A stretch of 64,000 bases of DNA from Rhina ancylostomus. Lineage: Eukaryota. The stretch spans positions 15,259,517 through 15,323,516 of the forward strand of contig JARFYF010000029.1 of assembly GCA_030265395.1 (NCBI GenBank), read 5' to 3'. This document shows positions 40,209-51,388 of this stretch, piece by piece. The notes beneath the pieces were generated by a model. That model was not told the origin of the DNA and made no database searches. It worked only from the letters and a program-made list of their open reading frames with translations. The position numbers and the translations under genes are program-made. Positions within the stretch are counted from its first letter, which is position 1. Each line of letters opens with the position of its first letter.

Positions 40209-41674
40209 GTAAGATGAAAATTGCTTTTGTGGATTTCACTGATGTAAAATTATCCTCTTTGGACTGCAGTGTATTTCAACTGCAAGAAAGAATGAACAGA
40301 CATTGATATGAAGCTTTTCCTATAAACTGATTATTCCAAAGTACTTCAGACTTTGGAAAAGGTGCATGAGGAAGTGAGAAGAAAAATTTTTTTTATACAG
40401 AAGTTGAGTATGATAAAGAAATTCTTGTCTGCAGGGGTGATAGAAGCAGAGTTGATCAGGGCTTTCAAAAAGGACTTGAGGGAAAGAAATTTGCAGGAGT
40501 ATAGGGAAAGATCAGGGGGATGGCAATGATTTGATTCAGTGAGTGGAATGGCTTTTTTTTTCCGTGCTCATACGATATAAGTTGTGTATCGGAAAATCGT
40601 GCTATCCTATTCAGAGATGGATGATCAGACAATCTCGTTTTGTGATGTTGCTTGGGATCAAATGTTTGGCAGGTCATTTTGGAGAACTGAGATTTCTTTG
40701 TTCACCTGCACATGTAACCAGGGCCTAAACATCCTGAAGATAATTTTTCATTATGACAGGGCATTTCATATGGTTCTGGTAAGGTCGGGCACGTGTTCTG
40801 AAGTACTGCATGAGCTGTTAACCCAGAGTCAAAACATAGTGTAGTCCTTTCATCAAATATTTTTAAAATATTTAAAATATTGCATCCAATACATATCTTA
40901 CTTATTTTTTGAAAGCTAGAACAAATATATTGCACTGAACTTTTTCAAATTTTCCAGTCAATTAGTAGTCTAACCAAGAGGCTATAATGTTGGTTGATGT
41001 GGGCATTGAGAACAATTTGATTCTGATACAACAGATTAACATTGGGGGATATTATTTGCATTTGTGGAAGTAGGAGAAACTTAACTTGATATTTCTATGT
41101 GCTTAATTGAGCTGGGAATGTGTTTTGCTTTAGTATCTCAGATGGGAACATTCTGCATTTCACAAATAAAAAACAATATTTCAAATAGGTTTTAGTAGGT
41201 TTTTAATGATCTTGAACTGGTTGTTGTCATCTGAGTAACAAAAAAAGTGCAAAAAATGTGTTTGATCCCCATCGTATTGAATGTTTCACGTATGATTGCA
41301 TTTATTTAATGTTGGAAGTGAATTGTTGCTTTGTGAATACTATAATTTTTATTTTCCAAGCAGAAAAGTGAGGGTGATTGCTAGGAGAATTGAATATATT
41401 CCACACAGATGAGGAAACATGTGCCTCAATTCTTCAGCAGTTCTTTGTTTCTGCTGAGTTAAGTTATGAAAGTCTAATGGGACAATTTTACCTCATTTCT
41501 TACAGGTCAGCATCTTTCCTTTATTTGGATAACCTGAGGCTTGTGTGATAACCTTGGACTGTAGGTTTGATGGGTTAGAACGAGTGGAAATCCTGGGTGC
41601 ATTCAGTGTCCTGTAACACTCAAATTGGTATCCAGCATTGGATTTTTGAATTGGAGTGCCTTTAAACAGCAACA

Positions 41675-41800
41675 ACGCATAGAACATTACAGCACAGTAC
41701 AGGCCCTTCGGCCCACGATGTTATGCCGACGTTTTATCCTGCTCTAATATCTATCTAACCCTTCCCTCCCACATAGCCCTCCATTTCTCTTTCAATTCAT
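41675..41800 (-). mobile_element. Young CR1/SINE 3' tail fragment
   Basis: CATAGAACATTACAGCACAGTACAGGCCCTTCGGCCCACGATG; the same tail occurs at 31340, 30740 and 39467. Confidence 0.65.
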
Positions 41801-42099
41801 CTATTATTATCTTTCCTGTTTTTCTTAGCAAACAAAAACACTGTCAAATCTAGATAATTTAGATAATTGAATATAGAACAAGCTAAAAGAAATGTTATTC
41901 AATGTAATTAAGTGAATACAACCTAGTGTAATCAAATCTGACCTCATTGCTGGAATATCATCTCCTTTCTGTAATTTTGTTGAATTTGCTGTATTTTTGA
42001 GCATTGCCACTTTCAGGTTGTGTTAACTGACAACATGCCTGGTAGCCACAGTGTCATGCAGCTTACAGGCATGAAATCAAAGTAACAAACTAATTTGGA

Positions 42100-42810
42100 G
42101 ACACAAGAGACTGCAGATGCTGGGATCTGGAGCAAAATACTGGAGAAGCTCAGTTAGTCAGCATCTGGGAGGCAAAGAGAGAATTGACATTTCCCATCGA
42201 GACTCTGCATCAGGACAAATTATTTTTACTGTTCAAGGTTAAAGTAGATTTTATGCTTTTATGATTTTTTTTTAAAAAGAATAACACAATAACAGGTGGA
42301 TGAAATGCATGATCTCACACTTTGTTAGATAAACATGTTTATCTGCAGAAAACTATTTGATATCAACGCAGCTTTAATGGGTTAACTATTGCCTTAAACA
42401 ATTTACTAAAAATGTAGTGTATTGACATGCAGTGAATATGGAGTACATACCTTGTTGAAAGTACTTCAAATGATTCTCATGTCTTTAATAACTGATAGGA
42501 TGGCAATTGGTTGTACGCAAGCTTCAAAAACAATGATCTGCTAGCTCCACCTGCAGGTTTAAAACATATTTATCCTCATTTGGAAAACTCCCAGTCATCT
42601 GGGAGAAAGCGCCCCTTTGTTCTGTCCATCCCTCCCCACCGTCTCTGTACCTAAAACTAACCAGTTTACTCTCTCCCAGTGCTGACAAAGGGTTTTCAGT
42701 TTGAAGCATTAAGTTTGTTTCCCTTGCCACAGATACTGCCCATTCTGTTGAGTGTTTCCATTTTCGGATTTAATTTCAGATTTTTAGCATCTACAATTTT
42801 TGGTTTTCAT
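42100..42810. repeat. Second inverted pair of Penelope-derived arms (42100-42215 minus; 42600-42810 plus)
   Basis: ACTGCAGATGCTGGGATCTGG..CAGCATCTG..CATCAGGAC on the left; CTGACAAAGGG..TGAAGC..CACAGATACTGCC..TTCAGATTTTTAGCATCTACA on the right. Confidence 0.5.
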
Positions 42811-43455
42811 TTTAATGCTGCTTGGCCTGAGCTTTGATTAGTTACTTTGTGTTTCTTTACTAATTCTGCTTGATTTAGAAATTTCAGTTTCTATAATCTT
42901 CCTATTGTGTTAACACAGATGATGCCATGTATATATTTTATTTTAATGTGTTTATTACTGGGAGCTAACAAAAGATTATTTGATTAACTTTATTTATAAA
43001 AATTAACCAAACTATCTAAGGAGAGCAGTAACTTTTCAGAGAAGAATGGTATATTTTATGATATCGGATGTAGAATGCTTGTTTATGATGTATGTCAATA
43101 TTTTGTAGTATTTGAATTGAAGTGTGGATTAGCACATGATTGCGACCCTATTGCAAGGATGGAATCAGTGCAGATGACAACAAAAAACAGTATGTAATTG
43201 ATGCATTATATTTACAACACGTTCAGATATAAATTGTCTTCAATCCTTGTGACAGGAAACAGCGCCCAGGTTGGTATTCGGGTCGATCTTTGGAGCAATG
43301 CACAAAGAGTACATTTTTGGTACTTCTGGGCAGATTTTCTGCCACCTATATGGAAGAATGTGTTTACAGTTTTGTTATGTGCAATGGACTGAGGAAACAT
43401 TCCTCAACTGTGAGCATTCTGGAGGGTTTCTGATCAAGTTTTTGTTTTGTTTCAG

Positions 43456-43486
43456 CTCTGATCAAGACAAGGAAGAATGGATAAAG
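43456..43486 (+). CDS. FGD4: FGD4 window exon 12, 31-nt mini-exon (SDQDKEEWIK)
   Basis: ttttgtttcag acceptor, AAG|GTAAAA donor, phase 2 to 0; contains the PH C-terminal helix Trp. Confidence 0.92.
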
Positions 43487-45589
43487 GTAAAAACAGAATA
43501 AAATGCCATTGATATCTTGCAACTTGACATTTTGTTACTGAACTGAAGCAAGTTTTTCGAATTTTGCACAGTCGGAATTTAATTGGCCAATTGCACTTTA
43601 GACCTGTAGTTCATTCAGCACTCCTGCATTGTGTCTGGGTCTGCTGTACACTAGTTAAGAGATAAGTTGTCATGATTAATTAACAGTTCTACTGGTGCTG
43701 GGCTGTGTGAATGCTTGAATGGCAGGAGGGGAATTAGATGGATGGCCCTTCATCTTCATTCCATACAGCAATTATTATATTCCTAATATTTATTTCACTA
43801 ATAAGATGTACAGATTGTCAAACATAATTTTTGTGTTCAAATTAAAGAGACCAGCAGGACTAAATGTGAACTGAATGGTTTTCTATGTACACACCAATAA
43901 TCTGGCATCTGTTTGTTTGGAACTCCTGATGCTCTGGCATCTGGCTCACTAATAAGTCCAGAATATGAGCCAGGAGTCCAGAGTGTGTGTGTGATCAGAG
44001 CTGGGGTCTGGGGTTTGGCAGGAGCTAGGGTCTGGACTGTGGGCCAGGTATGTGCTGGAGTCAGTGCTGGAGTCTGGTTCACTGGAGGTCAAGAACTTGA
44101 GAAGGTGTGCGAATAAGATCCAAAAGACTGGAACATCTGTGAATTTGGCACTAGCATAGTCCCAAGGGTGCTGTATTATTGGAGGGTTTTTTGTATAAAT
44201 TATATTATAGTTTCTTTACAAGAATAAACATTTCAAAATAAAGTAAATTTATACTTTTTATAAAATACAANNNNNNNNNNNNNNNNNNNNNNNNNNNNNN
44301 NNNNNNNNNNNNNNNNNNNNNNNNNNNNNNNNNNNNNNNNNNNNNNNNNNNNNNNNNNNNNNNNNNNNNNGGTTGTTTTGATAGGGTGGAGAATATTGCA
44401 GGTTTGAAGTAGATAAGATAAATCTAACAGACACCAGTAAAGATATTTCTACATGAACGATCACTTCATTAGAAGACTTGAGAGTTGGTATAGTTTTCTG
44501 GTTAATGCTATCATTACCCTTGTGACTTCCATGTTAGTCTGGCAATTCATGATAGAACATCCCATGATTTCTCTTTGCTTTGAGTTCACGTTCAGCAGAA
44601 GGCAGGACATACTGCATCAAGTTCACCATTTGTAGCTTTTATATTAAGTAGGAAGAGGAGCATCGTTCTTTAGTTTAGGGCTGAGAGTAAGAGTTGCTCG
44701 TGGTGACCAATGAGGTGGCATGTTGCATGATTGTAACATTTTCTCTTGTGCAGCAGAGAAGATTCAGATGGCAGTATGCTCTGAGGTAAAAGGAGCAGTT
44801 CCTGCAATGATCTGAACATTGAGATTACGCCTTTTTTGGAACTGGCAGTTACCTATTAAACCTTTTGGCTTTCTTGTGTCAATATACACCTTCCTATATG
44901 GATAGCAGGCTTGAAATCATGGAACCATCTCCAGGAAATTGAGCATTTTTTCACAGCTTATATGACATAGATGTCCTGTGCATGTATATATTTTCCATAA
45001 CAATTGGTTTTATTGGGCTATAAAATTTTGGGTTACCATAAGCACATAAATAGTGACTAAGGTATAATTTTCAATTTATTTATGTTAGCAGGTAATTATG
45101 AATCTTCTTAATTAACCTAAAAGCTACTCAGATGCCCTGTACAATAATTTAAATTGTCATACTTTTATACAACTACATTTTAGTTACCAGCCATGGTCAA
45201 GACCTTACTTGACAAACTTCAGTGGGATCTCTCAATTATATCAGCTGCAAAACCACTAATTTTCTAACCTTTGTCTCCAGTTGCCCACCCCAGTTGTTGT
45301 TTCAGGCTCCTACCTGTGAGTGTGTTGTTCAAGCTTTCCTTCCATGACCTCATCAGTCCACAATAGTCTTTTGTGATTGTCAGAACCACTTAACTCACTT
45401 GATGTATTAACTGGTATAAAATCACTTGATCCTTACTATGGACCAGGACATTAGATTTTCACCTTGGGGAGTTCCTGGCCCTAACACTGCTTACCATTTA
45501 TCCATAAAGTCCATTAGATGATTTCTTTCCTCAGAGGGCAACTTAACCATTTTCTAAGGGGTTCCAACAATACCCTGCTGGAGTTTCTG

Positions 45590-47100
45590 TGAATTTAGAG
45601 AAACCTAAGAGGATAACTAAGGAGACAGAAGGTCTGTTCAAGGATAAAGAAGGGAATTTGTACTTGGAATCAGAGCAGGTGGTTGAGGAACTCAATGAGT
45701 ACTCTGCATCAGTATTTACTGAGGAGAAGGATTTGGAGGATAGTGAAAGCAAAGTGGGGCATGCTTATGTACTGAGACATTTTGAGATTAAAGGGGAGGT
45801 TGTGCTGGATCTTCTGAAAAAAATTAAGGTGGATAAATCCCCAGGGCCTGATGGCATATATCCCAGAATATTGAAAGAAGTGAGGAGATTGCAGGGGCTT
45901 TGACAAGGATCTTTGTGTCCTCATTAGCAACAGGCGATGTTCCAGATGACTGGAGAGTAGCAAGTGTTTTGCCTTTGTTCAATAAGGGAAATAGGGATAA
46001 TCCAGGTAATTATAGGTTGGTGGGCCTCACGTTAGTGGTAGGGAAGCTATTGGAGAGGATTTATGCGCATTTGGAAAGGCATGGCCTACTTCAGCATGGC
46101 TTTGGGTAGGGCAGGTCATGCCTTACAAACTTGACTGAGTTTTTTGAGGAGGTGACAAAGGAGCTTGATGACGGTAAGGCAGTGGACATGATCTACATGG
46201 TCTTCAGTAAGGCATTTGATAAGGTCCCTCATGGTAGGTTGATTCAGAAGATAAAAATGCATGGGATCCAGGGTGAATTGCAAGTTTGGATTTGAAACTG
46301 ACTTGCCCATAGAAGTCAGAGAATAGGGGTGGAAATCCTGGCTGGAGGTCCACGACCAGCGGTGTTCAGCAAGGACCAGTGCTGGGACTTCTGTTGTTTG
46401 TGATATATATCAATGATTTGGATGAAAGTGTAGATGGGTGGATTAGCAAGTTTGCAGATGACACCAAGATTGATGAAGTTGTGGACAATGTAAAGGGCTA
46501 TCAAAGAATACAGCAGGATATAGATCAGTTACAGTTACGGGCAGAGAAGCGCAGATGGAGTTTAATCCAGGCAAGTGTGAGGTGTTGCACTTTGGGAGGT
46601 CAAATATAAAGGAAAGTACAGAGTTAATGGTAGACCCCTTTATAGCATTGAAGTACAGAGGGATCTTAGGGTCCAATTTCATAGTTCACTGAAAGTGGCT
46701 ATGCAAGTGGATAAGGTGGTAAAGAAGGCATATGTCATGCTTGCTTTCATTGGTCGAGGTGTTGAGTGTAACAGTAAGGAAGTCATGCTGCAGCTGTATA
46801 AAACTTCAGTCAGATCGCACTTCGAGTATAGTGTGCAGTTCTGGTTGCCCCATTATAGGAAAGATCTTGAGACGGGAGAGGGTGAAGGTTTACCAGGATA
46901 CTGCCTAAATTAGAGGGTATGAGCTCTAAGGAAAGGTTGAACATACTTGGATTGTTCTCCTTGGAGCATTGGAGGCTGAGTGAAGATTTGGTAGAGGTTT
47001 TTTAAATTATGAGAGGCATAGATAGGGTAGATAGTCAGAATCTTTTCCTCAGGGTGGAAATGTCAAACACCAAAGAAGATTATTTTACGGTTAGGTGGGA
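45590..47100 (+). mobile_element. CR1 (HER1-like) LINE, ~1.5 kb ORF2 remnant with RT domain
   Basis: KSPGPDGIYPRILKE, VPDDWRVASVLPLF..NPGNYR, FSKAFDKVPHGRL, LLFVIYINDLD..ISKFADDTK, YSVQFWLPHYRKD; several stops and frameshifts. Confidence 0.95.
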
Positions 47101-48600
47101 GGTGGAAATCTACTGAGGCACAGAGAATGGAGATAGCCACTGAGTGCATCTTTCATTATTTGACAATGCTGTTTTTAAATGGTATAGATATTGTCTAAAT
47201 GTTCTTGAATGCAAGGAAATTCAGTCTTAACAATTGGGCAGTTTTACAGTTTGAATCTCAAAAAACAGATAATAATCAACTTGCAAAACACTAATATCTC
47301 ATGCATCAACTTGGAGTGACTTCATATATCGTACTCAAAAGCAGCTCACTAATAGCTGCTGCTTCTCTTCTCTCCCCTCCATGTTTCAGTAACATGGATG
47401 AATCACATGCGTGCATCATTGATACTTTGTTCTGAATGTGCGTGTGTGCTAGAGATAAGAGCAGCTACTCAGCTATCTGTGGAAAATCACTGTACTCTGA
47501 TATTAGATTGTCCTTTAACCAGTCTAAAACCTTATTGGGTCCAGAGCACTTTTTGTCTTGTCCATAAATTGCCGGGGAGTGCACCTCTGATGGACAGAAT
47601 GTTGAATATTTTTAAAATGCCTGAAACAAAAATTACTTATATTCACATTTTGGTGTTGTTTAAGTGCCATAGTATACTGATCTCAATTTCTCACTGTTGC
47701 AACAGTGCCTACACTCACTACCTGAATGATTTATGTAATGGTCACTTCAAAACATCATGGTGTATGTGCTCCAGATTTTGTTGGATTAATTTAGCAAGGC
47801 CAAGAGTTGCTTTAGTTGGGAACATAGTCTCTCTGATTGTATTTACAGGAAGTTACATTCTCAGTTACTATTTTTGTTTTTGAATTTGGGGCAACACCAA
47901 CTTAGGTGTATCTGCTGCGTACCTGTGCTTGATGCAAGCACTTGGAAGGTGCTGATGGAGTGCAAGTGTTGATGCGCTTAGCCTGATGCAATTGGCACCC
48001 CATATTGTTCTTGCCGATCATTTAACAGCACTTCTGTGATGATTGACCACTTTAAATTCTTCTATAAGTATTTTCTGTGGACAAAAGCTCATAACCAACA
48101 TTAGTCCTAGTCAGTGAAGGGAGTTTATTCAGGCTAATTGTTATTATTTTATGTGCCACAGCATTACAGCAAGGTTCTTTGTTTGTTTCCTGAAAGAAAC
48201 AGTTTTATGTTTGAAATAAGCTTGTTGATAGTAGACAGGGCTAAACTCACCACGGAGGTGTGCTTTTTAGCTGTGGTGGGAAGGATGTCATTATATTTAA
48301 TTGTTGCTAAAACGTCATTGAGATTTATTGTTATGCAGTTGCTTGTATCAGCTCCTATTTCTTCCATTGATGAAGAGAATGAAGTCTTTACTGAATATAA
48401 TATTAATGATAAAGGAAACCATTTCCTATCTGGGATAGTCCTGATTAGTTTGTATTCTACCCTTTTGAGCCAGATGATATGTTCACATCCTCTGTGCTGT
48501 ATTTAGCCACTAAGTAATTCAGAATCTGCAGTGTTTGACTTGCTAATCTTTGTGTAGTCAGTTCTATGCTATCTTCCTTGGTTTTCTTTCTTTATTACAG

Positions 48601-48696
48601 GCTCTAAAATATACGATACAAGATTTTAATCAGAAAAATGAAACTTTCAGATCTGCAATAGCTAAAGAAGGGGAGGACCAGGCTCCTGAAGTTTCA
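48601..48696 (+). CDS. FGD4: FGD4 window exon 13 (ALKYTIQDFNQKNETFRSAIAKEGEDQAPEVS)
   Basis: tttattacag acceptor, TCA|GTAAGT donor. Confidence 0.94.
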
Positions 48697-49657
48697 GTAA
48701 GTTCCGTGATGTTCAGTAAATTGCTTGACATCGATATCAATTTGATTTTTACAGCAAATGAGATAAAATACTTAATGAAGAACACATTTAATTAAACTTT
48801 GTTTACTGGTGGGGCTTTCTTCTCTTGACTTTTAGAATATTGTGATGCTTTACTGGTTAAGAGAAATTTGGGATTTCTTTATAATAATACTGATTCTCAG
48901 TTCTCATGTTATTGCTTTCTTTTTTGGGTTTGTCCAGCAATGCCTTTATATTTCATCTGACGAGAATGTAATTTGAAATGAGAAAATTTTATGAAGTAGA
49001 CTGCACAGGGATCTCATTTGAGACTAATTTATCCACAACTTAGATGAGTAAATCAAAAACATTCATGACCAGAGCATTGCAACAAAACCAAGATGTTATG
49101 AAATAAATTTCATGAAACAAATAACTCAAGATGGAATTATTTTCTTTTAAGAGGGTGCAGCAGGTCTTACTGTCATTACTGCAAACTGCAACTTACTGCA
49201 ACAGAATTATCTCTACCCTCTGTCCTGCCTTTTTTTTCCTATTTCCCCATCCACCTCTGCTTTCCTGAAATTTATACCTCTAATGCAAAAAATTTAACAA
49301 GTAATATTCTAAAATTTATTTCTAATCCCACTCATGCATGTTTCCCAATTGACTTAGAACACTAGAGGTTAGATAAACAGCCTTGGTCTGACACTCACGT
49401 GAGTACTCTAGTCTCTTTACTCCTTTCAGAGGAAACAGGAAACCACAACACAGACTGAAGGATTTGGAATATTAAACTTAAGTTCAAACATTCATCAATT
49501 CCCTCAGCCAAACCAACAACAAAACAAGATTTGATATATTAAAAGACTGTGATAGAGTCGTTATAACTTCAATGGATCTCAAGAAGATTCAGCTGCTTGC
49601 AGGAAATTTAGGTGCTGATTCAGTGGCTCCAGGTTTTCGGACCAATTTGATTTATAA

Positions 49658-49891
<234 letters not shown>

Positions 49892-50379
49892 TAATTCTGT
49901 TTTGTAACTATTGGATCTATTGGTACCAATGGTGTGTAGGAAGGTGTACTGTTTTATAAGGATTTGAAAGTTCTTTATCATTCAGCTGTTCAATATTCAA
50001 ACAGTTCTGATCTTGATATGGTCTTGGGTAATTGTATTTTTTTTCTCATTGCAACATGATGGCCCACCCTATGTGATCTCCTATCCCCTTCCCCATGTGA
50101 ACTAGCCAGGAACAGGTAGAGGAAGAAGAACCCTAAGTAATCTTCTTGGAAGATGTGAGCACTAGATGCAGGCTCCAATGGGAGGGCTGATGATGTTAAT
50201 AAAAGCTGAGGAAGAGGCAAAATGAAAATCAGTTTAGGCCAATTAACTAACAGACTCCTAGAGCACGCAAAAGTGAGCTTTAATAATACATTTGTAAATA
50301 ATACAATTAAAAGTTAATTTATCTTCACCATGATGGCTGACAAATGGAACGCTGTGAATGACAGAATGCCATTCTATAG

Positions 50380-50765
50380 CATCTTCCAAAGTGTCAAGGA
50401 CGTACAAAGAACTTCAAAAATAATGAAGTAATTTACTGAAATGTGATACATGTTGATGTGTAAATTTGACCACAAAGAGCAATGATTTAATGACCCGATA
50501 GTTTGTTTTGTGATTTTGGTTGATGGGTAATGTTAGGTAGGGCACTGGGAATAAATCCCCTGCACTTTAAAATGGTGCCATGGAATTTTTTAACATCCAC
50601 CTCAGAGCAGGTGGGCCCCATATGAAGTCTTCTCTGAATGACAATACCTCTGACAGTGACAGTTCTGCACTCCTGCAGTACTGAACCAGGAATGTTAATC
50701 TGGATCATATGCTCAGGTATTTGAAACCGATGGAATTTTCAGATGAGAATAAGTCATTGAGGAGG
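50380..50765 (-). mobile_element. Deu-domain SINE (SacSINE1/AmnSINE-like) next to FGD4 exon 15
   Basis: GGCACTGGGAATAAATCCCCTGCAC..GTGCCATGGAATTTTTAAC..ACCTCTGACAGTG..GCACTCCTGCAGTACTG..CTGGATCATATGCTCAGG matches the antisense Deu domain as recalled. Confidence 0.6.
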
Positions 50766-50793
50766 TTATAAAATGTGTCACTTCTTTTTCCAG

Positions 50794-50943
50794 GTTGTAT
50801 GTTGGAAGTGTTCTGATTATAAAGCAAGCCTTGCCTATGACAGCAACAAACCCAACAAAGTATGTAAAGACTGTTATGTCATAATAACAGGGAAAACTGA
50901 CAGTGAAGAGAAAGATGATAAAAAAAAGAAAGGAATTCTTGAG
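50794..50943 (+). CDS. FGD4: FGD4 window exon 15, FYVE C-half ([11 protein letters not shown]...KVCKDC...KKKGILE)
   Basis: ctttttccag acceptor, GAG|GTATGG donor. Confidence 0.96.
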
Positions 50944-51244
50944 GTATGGGCCATAGTTTTCTGAGTGTGCCAGGATGTGTGCATGCATGTGTAGTACGGC
51001 CAAATACTTGATCAAAAATAGCCTACCATCTTGTGGTCAACCATTTTCTATAATCAAATATGGCAAATGTCTCTTGTAATATAGTAATCCAAAGGAAAAA
51101 AGGTTAATTGCAAAGCTAATAGTAATTGTTTTGAGGTTTATAATTTATGTGACTTTAATGGAAGTGATCTGCACCTTGTTTTTTTTTGCATCTCCAATCA
51201 ACTTTGATTTTTATTAAATTTCCACTCCACCTTCTGCCTTTCAG

Positions 51245-51388
51245 ATTGAGGCTGCTGAAGTCTCCGAAAATTGTATCATTTGCAACTTTCTTCATTATCT
51301 GGAGAAACCTGCCAAACCATGGCAGAAAGTGTGGTGTGTGATTCCTAAGAATGAAGGATTGGTTCTGTACATGTATGGAGCACCCCAG
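51245..51388 (+). CDS. FGD4: FGD4 window exon 16, PH2 (IEAAEVSEN...[11 protein letters not shown]...LYMYGAPQ)
   Basis: cctttcag acceptor, CAG|GTATGT donor. Confidence 0.95.

Noticed and set aside
43960-44095. Repeated GCTGG(G/A)GTC(TGG) motifs with variable spacing, superficially array-like
   Set aside because: Short, degenerate, irregular low-complexity repeat in a vertebrate intron; not CRISPR-like.
45589-46913. Cluster of RT-like ORFs as a possible active or domesticated gene
   Set aside because: Multiple stops and frameshifts, truncated at both ends; an ordinary dead CR1 copy.
47398-48506. 161-aa and 122-aa intronic ORFs
   Set aside because: No motifs, no fitting splice structure, and composition typical of AT-rich intron; FGD4 is complete without them.
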